DNA of 17,068 nt from Oscillospiraceae bacterium (GTDB taxonomy: Bacteria > Bacillota > Clostridia > Oscillospirales > CAG-272), in assembly GCA_003343845.1 (NCBI GenBank), contig QAKK01000040.1:1-17068 (forward strand), written 5' to 3'. The notes beneath the pieces are model-generated. The model made no database searches and was not told where the DNA came from. It saw only the letters and a program-made list of their open reading frames with translations. Of the stretch, positions 15,948-17,068 are shown in pieces (position 1 is the stretch's first letter; each line of letters starts with the position of its first letter). Both the position numbers and the translations under genes were made by a program.

Positions 15948-17068
15948 TGAAGAAGTACATTGGCATTTTTGCGGCTATGCTGCTCTGCGCGCTGCTGGCA
16001 CTCTCCGCTTTTGCTGCCGAGACGGTTGTTTACGTCAACGACGGCGGCACGGGCGACGGTTCCAGTGCAAGCGCACCGCTCGGCAACATGACTGAAGCGA
16101 TCAACAAGATCGCAAACGGCGGTAAGGTCGTCATCGTCGACACCTACACCTGCGCGGAAGAGTATCGCGAGCCGACCCACAAGGGCGACATCATCGTTAC
16201 TGGCGGTAAGTATGTCTTTACAAACGGCGCGTACAACCGCTGGTTCCTCAGCGGCCCCGGCGCGACCACCTTTGAGAACATCACCTTTGAGTACGGCGAA
16301 GGCTCGACCTCGTTGTTCCTCGCGCAGTTCTTCCCGCTGACCTTCGGCGAAGGCGTCGTGACGCCTGAAACCGGCAAGGTCTATGTGGTCGGCGGCTATC
16401 AGTACAATCAGGAAGGTGTCATGAACGATGCACCGAGATATGATGCGGATTCGCACATCACGATCAAGAGCGGTACATACTGGGCAGTCTCCGGCTTCAG
16501 CCGCGGCGGATCCATGGAGGAGTACACCGGCACGTCGCACATCACGATCAACGGCGGCACGATCTCCACGGTTTACGGCGCAGGCATCAACGGCAGCTAT
16601 GCGCTGAATTGCGAGATCATCATCAACGACGGTAATGTCCAGAACGTGAGAACCGGCGGTGACCTGACCCGCCGCCTCAACGGCAACGCTACTGTCACGA
16701 TTAACGGCGGTATGGTCGGTCTGCTTTCTATCAACAATCTGATGGGTCATGCAAACGTTTATTACAACGGCGGTACGATTGCCATGGCAGAGAAGACGGT
16801 TGAGTCCGCAGTCGAAGAGTTTGTCACCGACGGCACGGCAACCCTTATCGCATCGCCCAAGGTAGACACCAAGCTCCTCTCCATCTTCTTTGACGAAGTT
16901 CAGATCAGCGACGGCAAGACGCCCGCTGCTACGACCGAGCCTGCAAAGACCACGGCGCCTGCAAAGACCACGGCGCCTGCAAAGACCACGGAGCCTGCAA
17001 AGACGACCGAGCCTGCGAAGACGACCGAGCCTGCGAAGACCACGGCGCCTGCGAAGACCACGGCGCCT
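15948..17068 (+). CDS. Secreted right-handed beta-helix-like repeat protein followed by a Pro/Thr/Ala/Lys-rich linker. It is 3'-truncated by the window end and absent from the supplied ORF track.
   Basis: RBS GGAGGA is at 15933-15938 and ATG at 15948. Signal peptide MKKYIGIFAAMLLCALLALSAFA|AE. Repeated ITINGGT / IINDGN / VTINGGM / YYNGGT strands are typical of parallel beta-helix (pectate-lyase-like) folds. The + frame stays open to position 17068. Upstream -10 TATAAT at 15904-15909. Confidence 0.7.
16936..17068 (+). repeat. 18-bp tandem repeat (>=7.3 units) encoding a (E/A)PAKTT linker.
   Basis: The units GAGCCTGCAAAGACCACG / GCGCCTGCAAAGACCACG / GAGCCTGCGAAGACGACC etc. are in phase with the coding frame. 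The array runs off the window edge. Confidence 0.9.

Noticed and set aside
14453-16750. Minus ORFs 14453..15733 (426 aa) and 15884..16750 (288 aa).
   Set aside because: They are antisense to the GH5-like gene and to the signal-peptide-bearing beta-helix gene, which carry good RBSs and coherent domains. Their products are low-complexity.
1-17068. Mobile elements, phage genes, toxin-antitoxin pairs and defence-system signatures (Cas, RM, abortive infection).
   Set aside because: No transposase or integrase motifs (DDE, Tyr-recombinase), no tRNA attachment sites, no inverted terminal repeats, and no ATPase/nuclease pairs were visible. The content is consistent with ordinary chromosome plus accessory metabolic and resistance genes.

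Overview
This 17-kb window looks like chromosome from a high-GC (~60%) Firmicute, probably a gut Clostridia/Oscillospirales-type organism. Genes are densely packed, have Shine-Dalgarno sites (GGAGG-type) and are expressed from near-consensus sigma-A promoters. I see no rRNA, tRNA, CRISPR array or mobile element.

Gene order, as I read it:
- (i) 413-3623 (+): a translationally coupled three-gene membrane module. It encodes an SPFH/Band-7 protein with three C-terminal zinc-ribbon repeats (YdjI/COG4260-like), a double zinc-ribbon tail-anchored protein (YdjG-like), and a secreted/membrane TPM-domain protein with a Gly-rich tail.
- (ii) 3692-4747 (-): a luxS-mntP pair with a consensus promoter.
- (iii) 4924-6780 (-): an operon encoding a chloramphenicol-acetyltransferase-family enzyme, an AlkD-like DNA alkylation repair protein, and an XRE-HTH regulator with a C-terminal zinc ribbon.
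- (iv) 6905-8428 (+): a GH43 lipoprotein.
- (v) 8533-9147 (-): a membrane-anchored hypothetical protein.
- (vi) 9336-10111 (+): yceD-rpmF.
- (vii) 10215-11312 (-): a LuxR-HTH regulator with a LacI-like sugar-binding domain, divergent from (viii).
- (viii) 11499-17068 (+): a putative carbohydrate locus. It comprises a 1050-aa cytoplasmic DUF5107/TPR protein, a cytoplasmic clan GH-A (GH5-like) hydrolase, and a 3'-truncated secreted beta-helix-like protein with a PT-linker tandem repeat. The last gene is missing from the supplied ORF track because it has no stop codon inside the window.

The large minus-strand ORFs in the track (for example 11379..14582, 1067 aa) are high-GC antisense shadows of the real genes. 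The most interesting points are the SPFH/Zn-ribbon/TPM module with its duplicated leader repeats, the cat-alkD-XRE detox/repair operon, and the regulator / DUF5107 / GH locus with a palindromic operator.
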